A DNA stretch of 64,000 nucleotides, from positions 1-64,000 of IMG/VR virus record IMGVR_UViG_3300031949_000013; one strand, written 5' to 3'. The stretch's first letter is position 1. Each line of letters opens with the position of its first letter. Made by a program: the position numbers and the translations under genes. Below the pieces are notes generated by a model that was not told the DNA's origin, did not search any database, and worked only from the letters and a program-made list of their open reading frames with translations. Of this stretch, positions 28,763 through 38,599 are shown in pieces. Source of the stretch: a virus.

Positions 28763-31700
28763 AGCGACCCCCACGGAGACCCAACTTACGAGGGAGAGCC
28801 CGATCTGAAAAACCGCCGTGGAGTCTGGCTCGGTTCATCTGGTAGTGGCCGACTGTGACGGTCGAAGGTGCGTGCGGGCGGTAGACGCCAAAACCGTGGG
28901 ATACATGCTTCTGGTTGAGCATCAGCTCGGTCGAAAGCCAAATCGACCGGACTAGGGCATCAGAGAGATCGTCCTTGGCTCCAGCCTTCTTGGGCTTCTC
29001 CACCATGACGATGTTCCTGCTGATCTGTCGGGCCTGGAGGGTCAGTAGTTCGGCGATGAGCGGCGAGTGTTTTTTGCTACCTGGGTCGGTGGGATAATCA
29101 TAGAGTCGGAGCTTCTCGTCGAAGAGAAACATCTTCGCCGACTGGAAAATCTTGCTCGACTGGTCTCGGGTGAAGAACTCCGTCTTGAACTGCTTCAACC
29201 CACGCTTGTGAAGTGCCTGCTCCAAAGGAATACCATTCCAGCGGTCGAACAGGCCCTCCGAGATGTGGAACTTCTTGGTGAGAGAGGTAATCCACTCAGC
29301 GATCTCGTCGAAATCCAAACGCTCGACGTTGGCCAAGGTCTTCGAGTACAACGTCGAGTAGACTCCATCGAGATGAGGGTTAGACTCTCGCCAGTCTGTG
29401 CCAGCATACCAGCACTCATGATAGTCTAGAACAACGGTATCTCCCTCAACATGAGTGATGACAACGGCCGTACCGTCCTCCACGAGACCAACGTCGATCC
29501 CCATCTGATGAGGCATCCTGGACGGACCAAGGGTTTTGGGTCGGAGCTGTGGATCCACGCAAGACATAAGATCAGACTCACGCTCAATCCAACCCGTGAC
29601 TTGATCAGAAAACTGGGCACCGTGCTCGACAGCAAAAACAACAGGGTCCGAGTGGTATTTCTGCTTGTAGTAGCTCGCCGGGACCGTGGGATTGATTTCC
29701 CAGGTCGGAGCTTGCAAAGCCAGGAGCTTCTCAGAACCTTCCCCGCCGTGCATGGCTAGGTCGAACAACTCGAAAAACTTGCCACTCTTGCCGAGAGGGC
29801 TGGAGATTAGGATGATCCTAGACTCCACGTCCCCAATGGGTAAGCCCTTCTCGTTCTTCGGAGAGAAGGCAGCGGTCGAAGGCGTGACGGCGTCGTAGAT
29901 GTCCTTGGCGGAAGACTGACCCCTGTCCTGGAAGTGGGCCACCTCGTCGAGAATAACGACGGAGTTACCTGCACCACGTAAGCCTTTAGCGATGCAACTC
30001 TTGAAGGTAACTCGAAGCGTGGCCTTGCCGTTCAGCGAAACGAAGCGGCCATTCTCGGTCTGCTTCGAGGTCGGCCCGAACTTGTCGATGTCGTAGGGCG
30101 TCCGGAAGTTGACGTGGGAGAGCGTGTTGTTCGCGATGAAGGGTTTGAAGTATTCACACTTCGCCATGTGGCTGGTCACCTCATTGAAGAGGAGACCAGC
30201 CTGGTCTTTGTCAGTAGCAACCGAGATAAGTTGGATCCGGTTGCCGTTCGGCAGCCCGTAATAGTTCTGTGGGTTGTACAGATTCAGAAGACGATAGACT
30301 TCGTAGCTGGCGAAGATGCCTGCAAGCGTGGTGTTGTGATTGGTGAACCCGTTCCCGACGAAGGCTTCTCCGTCTGGAACAGTCAAGTCGAAGACATGTG
30401 CCTCCGCCTGCTCCACTGCGGATACAGCCGAGTAAAAGTAGTCCAGCCGGAGCAACTCTTCAAAGTGAGAGGTGTCCGCACCCAGCTCTTTACCTATTCC
30501 AATAAGTCGAGGAATCCGTGGGTAAGTCAGGTCTTCACCAGAACCAGGCTTACACACATTGCCGGCCACCTCCCGAAGTTTGGATCGCCCCCAACCTAAC
30601 TCACCCCTAGCTGGATTCCTCTTGGGAACTGATTCGAGAAGGTCTCGGACTCGTTGATACTGATGCGGGATGCTCTCGGTATCCGATTTGCCTTCTTGAG
30701 CGTCCTTTAACGCCGCCAACACCGGAAGACGCTTCTTGTCAGAGTCAAACCCGATCAACCCGGCAAATATCTGACGAGAGCGCATTCCTTTGAGAGACAG
30801 GTTGGCATAATACCTCTTCGTCTTCTTGTTCCACTTCGTCTTGACGCCCGAGACAATCCCAAGATTCAGCAGGAGTACCTGTACCTCATGGGCTAACCGG
30901 AAGCTAGCAGAGGAAAAGGTAATGTGACTTCCACCACTTTCCGCACACCCGTCCGTCTCAAAGAGACCACGGAGAAACGCACAGACAACTGGCTTTGGGG
31001 ATCTGAGGATGGCCCAGGGGACCATCTTGGAGTACCTGTCCCAACCCATCTCCCAACCGATGTCGTGAAAGAATCTCCGCACCCCAACGCTACAGAACTC
31101 CAGCCTTCCAGTGCTATTCGTGCGTTCATCCATCTGGATGCGAGGCTCACCGAGGAGGCTTCTGAAGTGACTTGTGAGATGCTCCCACGTCTCAGAGTGC
31201 TCTACGGTGAACGCCGTTGAGTGGTCATCATTCCAGGTACCGTCGCCAACAAGGTACCCTAAGAAGTTGCCTAGCTTCTCATCGAGTATGCAGGGCAGGT
31301 CAACTTTCTTGATCCCCTCCGTATTGTGGTAGGGGCGTAAGTCCAGGTAGTCCTTGGCCCACAGATCAGTGGATCTATTGATTGCTACGAAATCCCCTAC
31401 CCTCAGTTGGTCCAGGTATCTCCACTCGACCTTACCTGCTTCGGACAGAACCTTGATACGATGATTCCCTGTACCAGACAAGGAGTAACCATCTTGGGTC
31501 TTCACCTGGAAGACCTCTTTCACCCCACCATTGTAGAAAGCCACTGACTGCGCTCGTCTACTAGCTTCCTGTACGACCTCCACCTGGAGGCTCGAAAACC
31601 CGTCCTCGGGAGCATTTCCAAGCTCACCTATGCGGAAGATCCCGTTGTTCGTTAGCGTGAGGGTATCCCACTCCACACACTTTCCGGACCTTCTACCAAT

Positions 31701-32075
31701 GGCCAAGATCAGCTCTCGACGGTCGTGATCCTGTTCTTTGATGTTGCAACGACCCTCGTTGTAGAGATACGAGAGATACTCGACCTCAGTGAACTCGTAA
31801 AGAGTCCGGGTGTTGAACATGTCCGTGATCTTGATACGATCATCAGGATCATCAGGGAGCTTGTCGTCGAGAGGTAAACGGTAAAAGAGCTTGACTATGA
31901 ACTTCTGGGCAGGGAAAAGCCTCAGAGCCAAGCCCCAAGGCTGCTCGATGTAATCGAGCACATTGAAGATCCTCTGTGCCCCCGTGCTGTTATCGGGAGC
32001 GTCCGCCATGAGAGACTGCTTCGCTTCATGCGCAGTCTTTCGGAGGAACCCGACAATGCCTTCTTGCTTAGCCAC
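28755..32075 (-). CDS. terL: Terminase large subunit (intein-containing)
   Basis: Walker A GRRSGK|TT split by intein, Walker B VILDE, ISSP coupling motif, nuclease GIDVG and KDDLSDA. Confidence 0.92.
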   Translation of the reverse strand: MAKQEGIVGFLRKTAHEAKQSLMADAPDNSTGAQRIFNVLDYIEQPWGLALRLFPAQKFIVKLFYRLPLDDKLPDDPDDRIKITDMFNTRTLYEFTEVEYLSYLYNEGRCNIKEQDHDRRELILAIGRRSGKCVEWDTLTLTNNGIFRIGELGNAPEDGFSSLQVEVVQEASRRAQSVAFYNGGVKEVFQVKTQDGYSLSGTGNHRIKVLSEAGKVEWRYLDQLRVGDFVAINRSTDLWAKDYLDLRPYHNTEGIKKVDLPCILDEKLGNFLGYLVGDGTWNDDHSTAFTVEHSETWEHLTSHFRSLLGEPRIQMDERTNSTGRLEFCSVGVRRFFHDIGWEMGWDRYSKMVPWAILRSPKPVVCAFLRGLFETDGCAESGGSHITFSSASFRLAHEVQVLLLNLGIVSGVKTKWNKKTKRYYANLSLKGMRSRQIFAGLIGFDSDKKRLPVLAALKDAQEGKSDTESIPHQYQRVRDLLESVPKRNPARGELGWGRSKLREVAGNVCKPGSGEDLTYPRIPRLIGIGKELGADTSHFEELLRLDYFYSAVSAVEQAEAHVFDLTVPDGEAFVGNGFTNHNTTLAGIFASYEVYRLLNLYNPQNYYGLPNGNRIQLISVATDKDQAGLLFNEVTSHMAKCEYFKPFIANNTLSHVNFRTPYDIDKFGPTSKQTENGRFVSLNGKATLRVTFKSCIAKGLRGAGNSVVILDEVAHFQDRGQSSAKDIYDAVTPSTAAFSPKNEKGLPIGDVESRIILISSPLGKSGKFFELFDLAMHGGEGSEKLLALQAPTWEINPTVPASYYKQKYHSDPVVFAVEHGAQFSDQVTGWIERESDLMSCVDPQLRPKTLGPSRMPHQMGIDVGLVEDGTAVVITHVEGDTVVLDYHECWYAGTDWRESNPHLDGVYSTLYSKTLANVERLDFDEIAEWITSLTKKFHISEGLFDRWNGIPLEQALHKRGLKQFKTEFFTRDQSSKIFQSAKMFLFDEKLRLYDYPTDPGSKKHSPLIAELLTLQARQISRNIVMVEKPKKAGAKDDLSDALVRSIWLSTELMLNQKHVSHGFGVYRPHAPSTVTVGHYQMNRARLHGGFSDRALPRKLGLRGGRYG
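30333..31679 (-). mobile_element. Intein with LAGLIDADG endonuclease in TerL Walker A (449 aa)
   Basis: N-terminus CVEWDT, GTGNHR, LGYLVGDG and FLRGLFETDG, C-terminus VFDLTV...FVGNGFTNHN, +1 Thr. Confidence 0.92.
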
Positions 32076-32083
32076 TCAGCACC

Positions 32084-32740
32084 TTACCGGAGCACGCTCT
32101 CGGCCTGGTCTTCCCAGTTCTCCATCATGGACATGAACTTCGTGTAGAACAGATCAGCCTGCTCTGGAGACATCACCTGCTCGACCACGGACTTAATGTT
32201 CGTCGCCCAGAGCTGAAAGACTTTCTGGAAGGATTCGCTGCGAGGATCCAACGTCTGTTGACCCTGCTGTCGCAAATCAGACTGAAGAGCGGCAATCTCC
32301 TTCAAGACCTTCGTGTGTCGGCTGATGAGCTGGGAGGTGTCCTCACCCCGCTTCTGAAGTTCGATGCGCTGAAACTCCAAAGAAGCAGCGTTCTGCGCCA
32401 CTCGAATGAGTGTGAGCCGGATAACCTCGGGTGAGCTGGACTTGTTCCTGGCAGCCTGTACCAGTTCGTCACCATCAACGAATCGAAGCTCTGACTCTTG
32501 CATCCTGGCGAGGTATTCCAGGTCGGCGGCTGTCGGAAGGGATACTGTCTTACCCTCCCTTCTGACGGCACGACTACGGCCACCAGTGCTCTTGGAAAAC
32601 TCCCCAGTGGCGTTGTGAAACGGCAACACCTGGGCAACCTTTAGCTTTCGGACAGCATCCGAGCCTAGACCGCTGGCGGCTGCCAGGGGCTGCTCCTCCT
32701 CGATTTCGATTTCCTGGATGTTGTTATCGTTGTCTGCCAT
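32084..32740 (-). CDS. Putative terminase small subunit
   Basis: Helical 218-aa protein immediately upstream of terL (positional inference only). Confidence 0.45.
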   Translation of the reverse strand: MADNDNNIQEIEIEEEQPLAAASGLGSDAVRKLKVAQVLPFHNATGEFSKSTGGRSRAVRREGKTVSLPTAADLEYLARMQESELRFVDGDELVQAARNKSSSPEVIRLTLIRVAQNAASLEFQRIELQKRGEDTSQLISRHTKVLKEIAALQSDLRQQGQQTLDPRSESFQKVFQLWATNIKSVVEQVMSPEQADLFYTKFMSMMENWEDQAESVLR

Positions 32741-32743
32741 GGC

Positions 32744-33142
32744 TCAATGCTTTCCTTCGGGCTTCGTGCCTCCCCCTCCATCAGTCCGAATAAGGAACTG
32801 GGAGAGATTCTTCACGGTGTCGTAGCCCTTGTCTCTCTCGATCTGCTTCTTGGTCCTCTCGTCGAGTTCCTTCCCGGTCTCCGCCAGATTGCGGACATTC
32901 ATCTGATTCGGAGTCCCGTGGAAAACATCCTCTGGTCGGATGTCCCGACGATCCGGCTTGACAGTGTCCGTCCGGTCTTCCACTCCCCGAGCATGCTCAT
33001 CCACGATGCTCTTTTCGATCCCATGAGGCTTATTGATGGGCTTGGTCAGAGTTTGATCACGCTTCCGCTCTCCCGGCGGCTGATCTGCCAGAAACAAGCG
33101 TTGGTGCCTTGCGGCAACCCGGAGAACGAGGGAGGAGATCAT
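32744..33142 (-). CDS. Putative internal head protein with RVAARH tag
   Basis: MISSLVLRVAARHQRLFLA followed by a charged disordered segment. Confidence 0.6.
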   Translation of the reverse strand: MISSLVLRVAARHQRLFLADQPPGERKRDQTLTKPINKPHGIEKSIVDEHARGVEDRTDTVKPDRRDIRPEDVFHGTPNQMNVRNLAETGKELDERTKKQIERDKGYDTVKNLSQFLIRTDGGGGTKPEGKH

Positions 33143-35121
33143 AAGTCGATGTTGGTCCCGCCGAACTCAATACTGATAGGATCCTTCGAGGTAGTCATTT
33201 CGATGTCGCCCGGCTCCTGATGCTGAAGCTGGTATTCAACCATCATGCTCAGACCGTTGTTCATGATGTTCTCGTAGGAGACTTCGGAAGCCTTGCCCGA
33301 CGCGAGGATGGCCCGCTGTTCAGCCAACTTGTCCACATAGGGAGGCTCCGTCACGAGAGGCTTGGCCAACACCGAACAAGCCCCAGTGGGATCTCGAAGA
33401 ACACAGGAAGCACACTTCGATCCCATCTTGACGTAGGGCACCAACCTGGAACGATGAAGCCGCCCGGCTTCCTTGCATCCCTTGCCGTAGTCCTCATAGA
33501 TGGTGGGATCGATGTACCTGATCCCCTGAAGGCCCTGCTCAGCGAAGACCTTTCGCAGCTCGTCCTTGGCCGCCCAAAGGTCTCTTGGGTCAAACCTGGA
33601 TTTCATCAAGTTGGCGAGATCTTCTCCGTACATGCCCTCGTTCATGTACCGAGATGCCGCTCGGACGACATCCCGGATGGCCAAAGTGTTGGCCTTGTAC
33701 TGATGCCCAGCCCCAGCGAACTGGGTCTCGATGGCTAGCCGGGTGCGAGCCCCAGGAGCCGGCTGAGGACCGGAGGCAGCCTTGTGGATGGCCTTCAAAG
33801 CCGCAACTGGAGTAGGCCCCCAGTCCAACCTGTCAGCGTTCCAGGGAAGCCGACAGGCTGTCCGGTGCTCATCCACGACAGCCTTCACGATCTCAGGCGT
33901 GAACACCTCATCCGGACTAGCTACAAGCTTCCGGCCGTACATCATGCACCGACCGATCTGGGAGAAAATGCACGAGCCACACTTCTTCCCCGCCACGATC
34001 GCCTTGATCATAGATCCGTGTTTGGCCAGGAAATCCGCTCCCTCACGGCACTCGTCGAAAGACTCCTGAGTCGAATAGACCACTCCGTAGAGCCCAAGAT
34101 GATCCACAAGAGGCTTCCACTGAGGAGCGGTGGCCTGGATGTCGGTCAGGTCGAAAGCAAGTCGAAGTGACTGGACGATCTCCTCCTGGCTTCGGCCCTT
34201 GATCATCTCTCGACGAAGGAACGCCACGATCGGACGAGCCTTCAACTCGGCAGTCTTCTCCAGCTCGGCCTCGCGGTTCTTCTTCACCAAAGCCGAGGCC
34301 GCGATGAAGTCTGACTTAGCCCCCTCCGAAGTGACCGTGGAAGGTGGCTTATACTGCGTCTGCCCACTGAACTGCTGGGCTTCCGAAGTTGCTTTGGGAG
34401 CCAGGAAAGCGGCCCGAATTCTCTCTTTTGGATCCAACGTCGAAGCCTGAACAACCTTGCCCTTAGCACGCTGGAGATTCTCGACCTGGTTTGCCAACTC
34501 CTGATTGTACGGAACCTGGATCTGGATCTCCTTGTGGAAGACAGAGCAGTGGTGCGTTCCATCAGGGGTGCCCATGTGATGGGTGCAGTTGCCACACGCC
34601 TTTTTGGCCACAACGAAACGAGCCGTTGAAGCCGTCTTTTGGGCAAACTCGACCGCCTTGCCACCTTGAGTACACTCCGGGAAATCCGAAGCCTCAATGT
34701 AGAAGCGACCAAGAAGACCTCGCTCGGCAAAGACCTGGGCCAGACCCGTCTTGGCTGCCTTGAGCGTCTCGGCGTCGTATCTCGATGTGAGAGCTTCCTT
34801 GATCCGTGCCGGGTCATTATACTGCATCACAGCCAGACGAGCCGTGCGAATGACGACCTCGGGAGACGTGCGAAGAGGTCCATGTGCTCGGGACAGATCA
34901 CCCATAGTCTTCGGGTCGGTGTTCGGAACCAACCGCAAAGGCGAGGCATCTCGATTGTGATCCCAAAGCATGTTGAGGTCGGGAACCACATCCAAGTTCT
35001 GCTTGGGTAGTGTATCCTCGGTCCGGTACTTCTGCTCATCCACAGCCAGCCATTCGAGGTCGGAAACCCCGACGCCGGAACCTTCCTTCATGAAGTCTGT
35101 GATGTCTCCAAGTTCAGCCAT
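33139..35121 (-). CDS. Protein with three tandem Cys4 metal-binding repeats
   Basis: Three units of GL.G..Y...C...CxxC...C. Confidence 0.65.
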   Translation of the reverse strand: MAELGDITDFMKEGSGVGVSDLEWLAVDEQKYRTEDTLPKQNLDVVPDLNMLWDHNRDASPLRLVPNTDPKTMGDLSRAHGPLRTSPEVVIRTARLAVMQYNDPARIKEALTSRYDAETLKAAKTGLAQVFAERGLLGRFYIEASDFPECTQGGKAVEFAQKTASTARFVVAKKACGNCTHHMGTPDGTHHCSVFHKEIQIQVPYNQELANQVENLQRAKGKVVQASTLDPKERIRAAFLAPKATSEAQQFSGQTQYKPPSTVTSEGAKSDFIAASALVKKNREAELEKTAELKARPIVAFLRREMIKGRSQEEIVQSLRLAFDLTDIQATAPQWKPLVDHLGLYGVVYSTQESFDECREGADFLAKHGSMIKAIVAGKKCGSCIFSQIGRCMMYGRKLVASPDEVFTPEIVKAVVDEHRTACRLPWNADRLDWGPTPVAALKAIHKAASGPQPAPGARTRLAIETQFAGAGHQYKANTLAIRDVVRAASRYMNEGMYGEDLANLMKSRFDPRDLWAAKDELRKVFAEQGLQGIRYIDPTIYEDYGKGCKEAGRLHRSRLVPYVKMGSKCASCVLRDPTGACSVLAKPLVTEPPYVDKLAEQRAILASGKASEVSYENIMNNGLSMMVEYQLQHQEPGDIEMTTSKDPISIEFGGTNIDL

Positions 35122-35130
35122 TGAGGTGCC

Positions 35131-37401
35131 TCATCTCTCGGGGCGGCTATAGTTCGGGTCCGGCCGGTAGTTGTGCGTCGTGTAATCGTACCTGATGTAC
35201 TGGGTGTCGTGATGCTCGTACATCTCGCTCTTGTTCGGGAGATCCCTGTCGTAGTTGTACGGGTTGACGGGATCTGCGGGTAACTCGGACTGGGCGATCA
35301 TCTCGTCGCTCAATCCCTCTGTGTAGTAGTCTGATCGAGCTACCGGCTCCTCGACATCGATCGGCATCACACTGTTCTGCGACCGCACGTTCGTCCGCTC
35401 GTTCAAACTGACATCGACACTTGGAGTGTTGTCCTCCGTGAATCCTCCAGGATCACTCGGGAGCCCACTCGTCGGGCCGTACACGCCTTTCGTTCCGGAT
35501 CCCTCGCCAGAAGGATTGCCATAACCTCCTGCGCCCTCACCCTCAGCCCCGCCTTCGGCCCCATAACCCAAGCCAAAATCCCAGGCATCCGCAGGTGGAT
35601 CCAAGTCCTCGGGCAACCCCGAGGTGGCCTTCCGAGCTAAGAGATTGTGTTTCTTCATCAGGATAGCGTCGTTGACGTCTGACTTGTCCAAATGAAGCCG
35701 ACGACCCATAGGAGACTTCAAGATACGATCCTCGGTCCAGCCCTTATCGAGCAGCTCGTTGACCGTTCGATAGTTATCTAGCGAGAGGAGCGGACCCCCA
35801 CTCGGACGAGGAGTATCCAGCGGCGGAAACTTCATAGGTCCAGGCCAATCCCCACGACCCGCTTCACGAGTGTCGTTCTCCCAGGGAGTCCGATAGATGT
35901 AGTCATCCTCTCCACCATCGGAGAGCCCCCACTCATCGGTTACCCTAGGTTCATCCTCGTTATAGCTATCCAGAGGACCACGGTCTTCTGCCCGGTCCAA
36001 ATGATCCACCCGAGGACCAGGGAGAGAGTCCGGAGACACAGAGGAGTTACCACGGAAGTAACTGTAGGACGCCATCTTGGCGTGCATCTCTGGAGAGAAC
36101 TTTTGATCCTGCACCATCTCCGGAGCGAACTTGAGCTTCTTCTTGGGCTTCTTGAGCTTCTTCTTGGGCTTGCCCAACTGCTCAGGACGGGGTTCCTCCG
36201 AACCAGGAAGACCAGATGATTCCAAAGCTTGCTCGGCTGTGGCTTCGTCTTCCTCATCAAATTCGACAGGCGGCTTGTCCTCGTCTTCTTCTTCGCCCTC
36301 GGGAGCTTCTTCCTCGGCCGGAGCTTCTTCCTCGGCCGGAGCTTCTTCGCCTTCAGAAGTCTCAAAAGGATTCTCAGAGCCTTCTTCTTCGGTTCCTGGC
36401 TCCTCACGAGAGTAACTCTCTTCTTCTTCCTCAGCCGGAACTTCTTCTTCCTCGGCCGGAGCTTCTTCTTCACCTTCCGGAGCTTCTTCTTCCTCAGCCG
36501 GAACTTCTTCTTCCTCAGCCGGAACTTCTTCTTCACCTTCCGGAGGTGCTTCCTCTTCTCCGAGAGGTACTTCCTCTTCGCCCTCGGGAGCTTCTCCGAG
36601 AGGTGCTTCCTCTTCGTCTTCACCAAGCGGGATTTCTTCCTCATCCTCGCCCGATGAGACTTCTTCGTCGTCAGCTCCAAGAGGCGCTTCCTCGCCAAGA
36701 GCTTCCCCAAGCTGTTCTTCCCCAGGCTGTTCTTCACCCGGAGCTTCTAGGTCCACACTCTCCTCGGCTGCGGCATCGGCTGCGGCGTCCTCAATGGCTT
36801 CCATGTCTCCTTCGGCCTCTGCCTCAGGGTCTTGGAGGATCTGTTGCGACTCCTGGAGGAACTTCCGAACATCCATGGCATCTGCGGGATCAAGCTGGTT
36901 GAGCTTGGGCTCCCAATGAGGAGCGTTGATCTCGTCGTGGATGCTGTCCGAGATCGCACTGAGATTCTCACAAGCGTCGTGGAGCTTGTCTCGAATCTCC
37001 TTCACCTTCATCACATAGCCTCGACCACCAAGCATCCCGTCCGGGGAGATGGTTGAAGACTTGAGCCTGGCGAACTGACGGTAGGCTGTCAATCCATGGC
37101 CAAGGGCCACACTCATAGCCCAGAGCATTCGGGAAAGCGGCTTGAGTGCTCTTGGATCATAGGGATGATCCTTCGGGATGTTCCGCTTGCCAGGACCACC
37201 TTGGTCACCACCAGGAAGAGCAGAGACCCCCATGACTGCCGTCCCCTCCGAATCCCCTGTCGGCTCATCATTGCCGAAAGGCGGGGGTCCAGCAGCTATC
37301 TTCTCTAGCACATACCACCTCTTGTAGACCCTGGCTCGAAGGCGTTCCTCCGGAGTCAAGGCCAACAAAGTCATATCTACCTTTGTGTGGAGGTTGATCA
37401 T
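35131..37401 (-). CDS. Highly acidic low-complexity virion-associated protein
   Basis: 756 aa, EEE(V/A)P(A/E/L) repeats; the start may instead be the downstream MTLLAL. Confidence 0.65.
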   Translation of the reverse strand: MINLHTKVDMTLLALTPEERLRARVYKRWYVLEKIAAGPPPFGNDEPTGDSEGTAVMGVSALPGGDQGGPGKRNIPKDHPYDPRALKPLSRMLWAMSVALGHGLTAYRQFARLKSSTISPDGMLGGRGYVMKVKEIRDKLHDACENLSAISDSIHDEINAPHWEPKLNQLDPADAMDVRKFLQESQQILQDPEAEAEGDMEAIEDAAADAAAEESVDLEAPGEEQPGEEQLGEALGEEAPLGADDEEVSSGEDEEEIPLGEDEEEAPLGEAPEGEEEVPLGEEEAPPEGEEEVPAEEEEVPAEEEEAPEGEEEAPAEEEEVPAEEEEESYSREEPGTEEEGSENPFETSEGEEAPAEEEAPAEEEAPEGEEEDEDKPPVEFDEEDEATAEQALESSGLPGSEEPRPEQLGKPKKKLKKPKKKLKFAPEMVQDQKFSPEMHAKMASYSYFRGNSSVSPDSLPGPRVDHLDRAEDRGPLDSYNEDEPRVTDEWGLSDGGEDDYIYRTPWENDTREAGRGDWPGPMKFPPLDTPRPSGGPLLSLDNYRTVNELLDKGWTEDRILKSPMGRRLHLDKSDVNDAILMKKHNLLARKATSGLPEDLDPPADAWDFGLGYGAEGGAEGEGAGGYGNPSGEGSGTKGVYGPTSGLPSDPGGFTEDNTPSVDVSLNERTNVRSQNSVMPIDVEEPVARSDYYTEGLSDEMIAQSELPADPVNPYNYDRDLPNKSEMYEHHDTQYIRYDYTTHNYRPDPNYSRPER
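36285..36730. repeat. Degenerate 18/21-bp tandem repeats encoding Glu-rich tract
   Basis: Recurrent cggagcttcttcctcggc / ggaacttcttcttcctcagcc units. Confidence 0.8.
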
Positions 37402-37404
37402 GCT

Positions 37405-37689
37405 TCAACCCTTCAAAGGGGTTCCGGTATCATTGAAGAGCCGCTCGATGAAGTAGTTCTCGCCTTCCTGCTTGAGCGCCCACAAGTCTTGCGTGCTTTT
37501 GTGGACTAGCATATCGGCCGACGCCCGAATGAACCCATTGAGGTCACTCAACGAACCAACCTTCACCCGAGTTGGCTTCGAGGCAGCCACCTTTTGCCCG
37601 TGAGGGGTGATGACCTGTGGTTCCCTTTCGAAAAAGGCGTCCAGACCAGAGGTACTTGTCTCAATTGAATCTAGCTTGAAGTCCGCCAT
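37405..37689 (-). CDS. Small virion-associated protein
   Basis: SD GAGGA; KVAA site then F.R.S...LVHKS..DLW.L......IERLF module. Confidence 0.65.
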   Translation of the reverse strand: MADFKLDSIETSTSGLDAFFEREPQVITPHGQKVAASKPTRVKVGSLSDLNGFIRASADMLVHKSTQDLWALKQEGENYFIERLFNDTGTPLKG

Positions 37690-37694
37690 GTTCC

Positions 37695-38594
37695 TCAGGT
37701 GATGTTGAGCTGAACCAAAACGTCCACGTAAGAGTTATCACTGTAGCCACTGACCCGGAAGGTTTCTTGGTACGTCCCGGTGGCCATAGTGTCGGCAGGA
37801 ACAACCTGGACTGTCACGTCCTGGGTCTCGCCAGAAAGAAGGGTGCCCGAAGTCGGCGTGAAAGCAACCAGCCAGTTGTCGGACAGACAAGTGAGCCGCT
37901 GGACTAGGAACTCTAGCACGGAGCCCAACGGTCCGATGTTCTCGATAGTGAAGACCTGGTTCGGGAGAAGTGGGAAAGCTCCCGAGAGGGGTTTCACCAC
38001 GCTGAAAGTGAGCACCAATGGTGTGGCGTCGATGATGGCCTTCGGCCGAACGTTGATCGTGATCGGAAGAGACTGCGGCGTGTTCGTCGCCGTATCGTCT
38101 TGGATCAAAATGGTGGCGTTGTAGATGCCCGGGAGCAGACTCGTAGAATCCACAGACACCTGGAAGGTGCCTGACTCCTGGAAACCCAGGTTGCCAACAG
38201 TCGAGGGAGCAACGGTAACGTAAGAAGCCGAGGGTGTCAGGAGAGCATCCAGCAAGGAACCGTAGACCCCCGAGTTCGTCACCAGGGCATCCTGCTGTTC
38301 CGAGAAACCTCGGCCAGTGTCCACATCGAACGTGAGTGATGCGGGAGGGCCGACCAAAATCACCGGCCGGAACTGGACTGCCAATTCCGAAACGCTGTCG
38401 GCCATCGCCGTGATAACGTCCCCTGGGATAGGAACCGTGTCACGAAGAATACCGAAGGGCGAAACAATGTTGAGGATCACAAATGACGGTGACGCCCCGG
38501 AGATATCCATCCGGGTAGTCCACCGCCAGACTCCTTGGGCCACCTGAAGGCTGAAGGAGTATTCATGACTCTGGAGATTGGCAGCTAGGGGCAC
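37695..38594 (-). CDS. Virion protein with BACON/Ig-like domains, first gene of the late block
   Basis: GTG start with SD GAGGAG; two P..L.F...F.I.N.G...WL...P.SG.L..GE.Q.V.V...G.Y units. Confidence 0.7.
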   Translation of the reverse strand: MPLAANLQSHEYSFSLQVAQGVWRWTTRMDISGASPSFVILNIVSPFGILRDTVPIPGDVITAMADSVSELAVQFRPVILVGPPASLTFDVDTGRGFSEQQDALVTNSGVYGSLLDALLTPSASYVTVAPSTVGNLGFQESGTFQVSVDSTSLLPGIYNATILIQDDTATNTPQSLPITINVRPKAIIDATPLVLTFSVVKPLSGAFPLLPNQVFTIENIGPLGSVLEFLVQRLTCLSDNWLVAFTPTSGTLLSGETQDVTVQVVPADTMATGTYQETFRVSGYSDNSYVDVLVQLNIT

Positions 38595-38599
38595 GTAGA

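Noticed and set aside
35940-36737. 265-aa Lys/Arg-rich alternative-frame ORF
   Set aside because: Frame-shifted reading of GAA-rich Glu repeats; no independent start signal seen.
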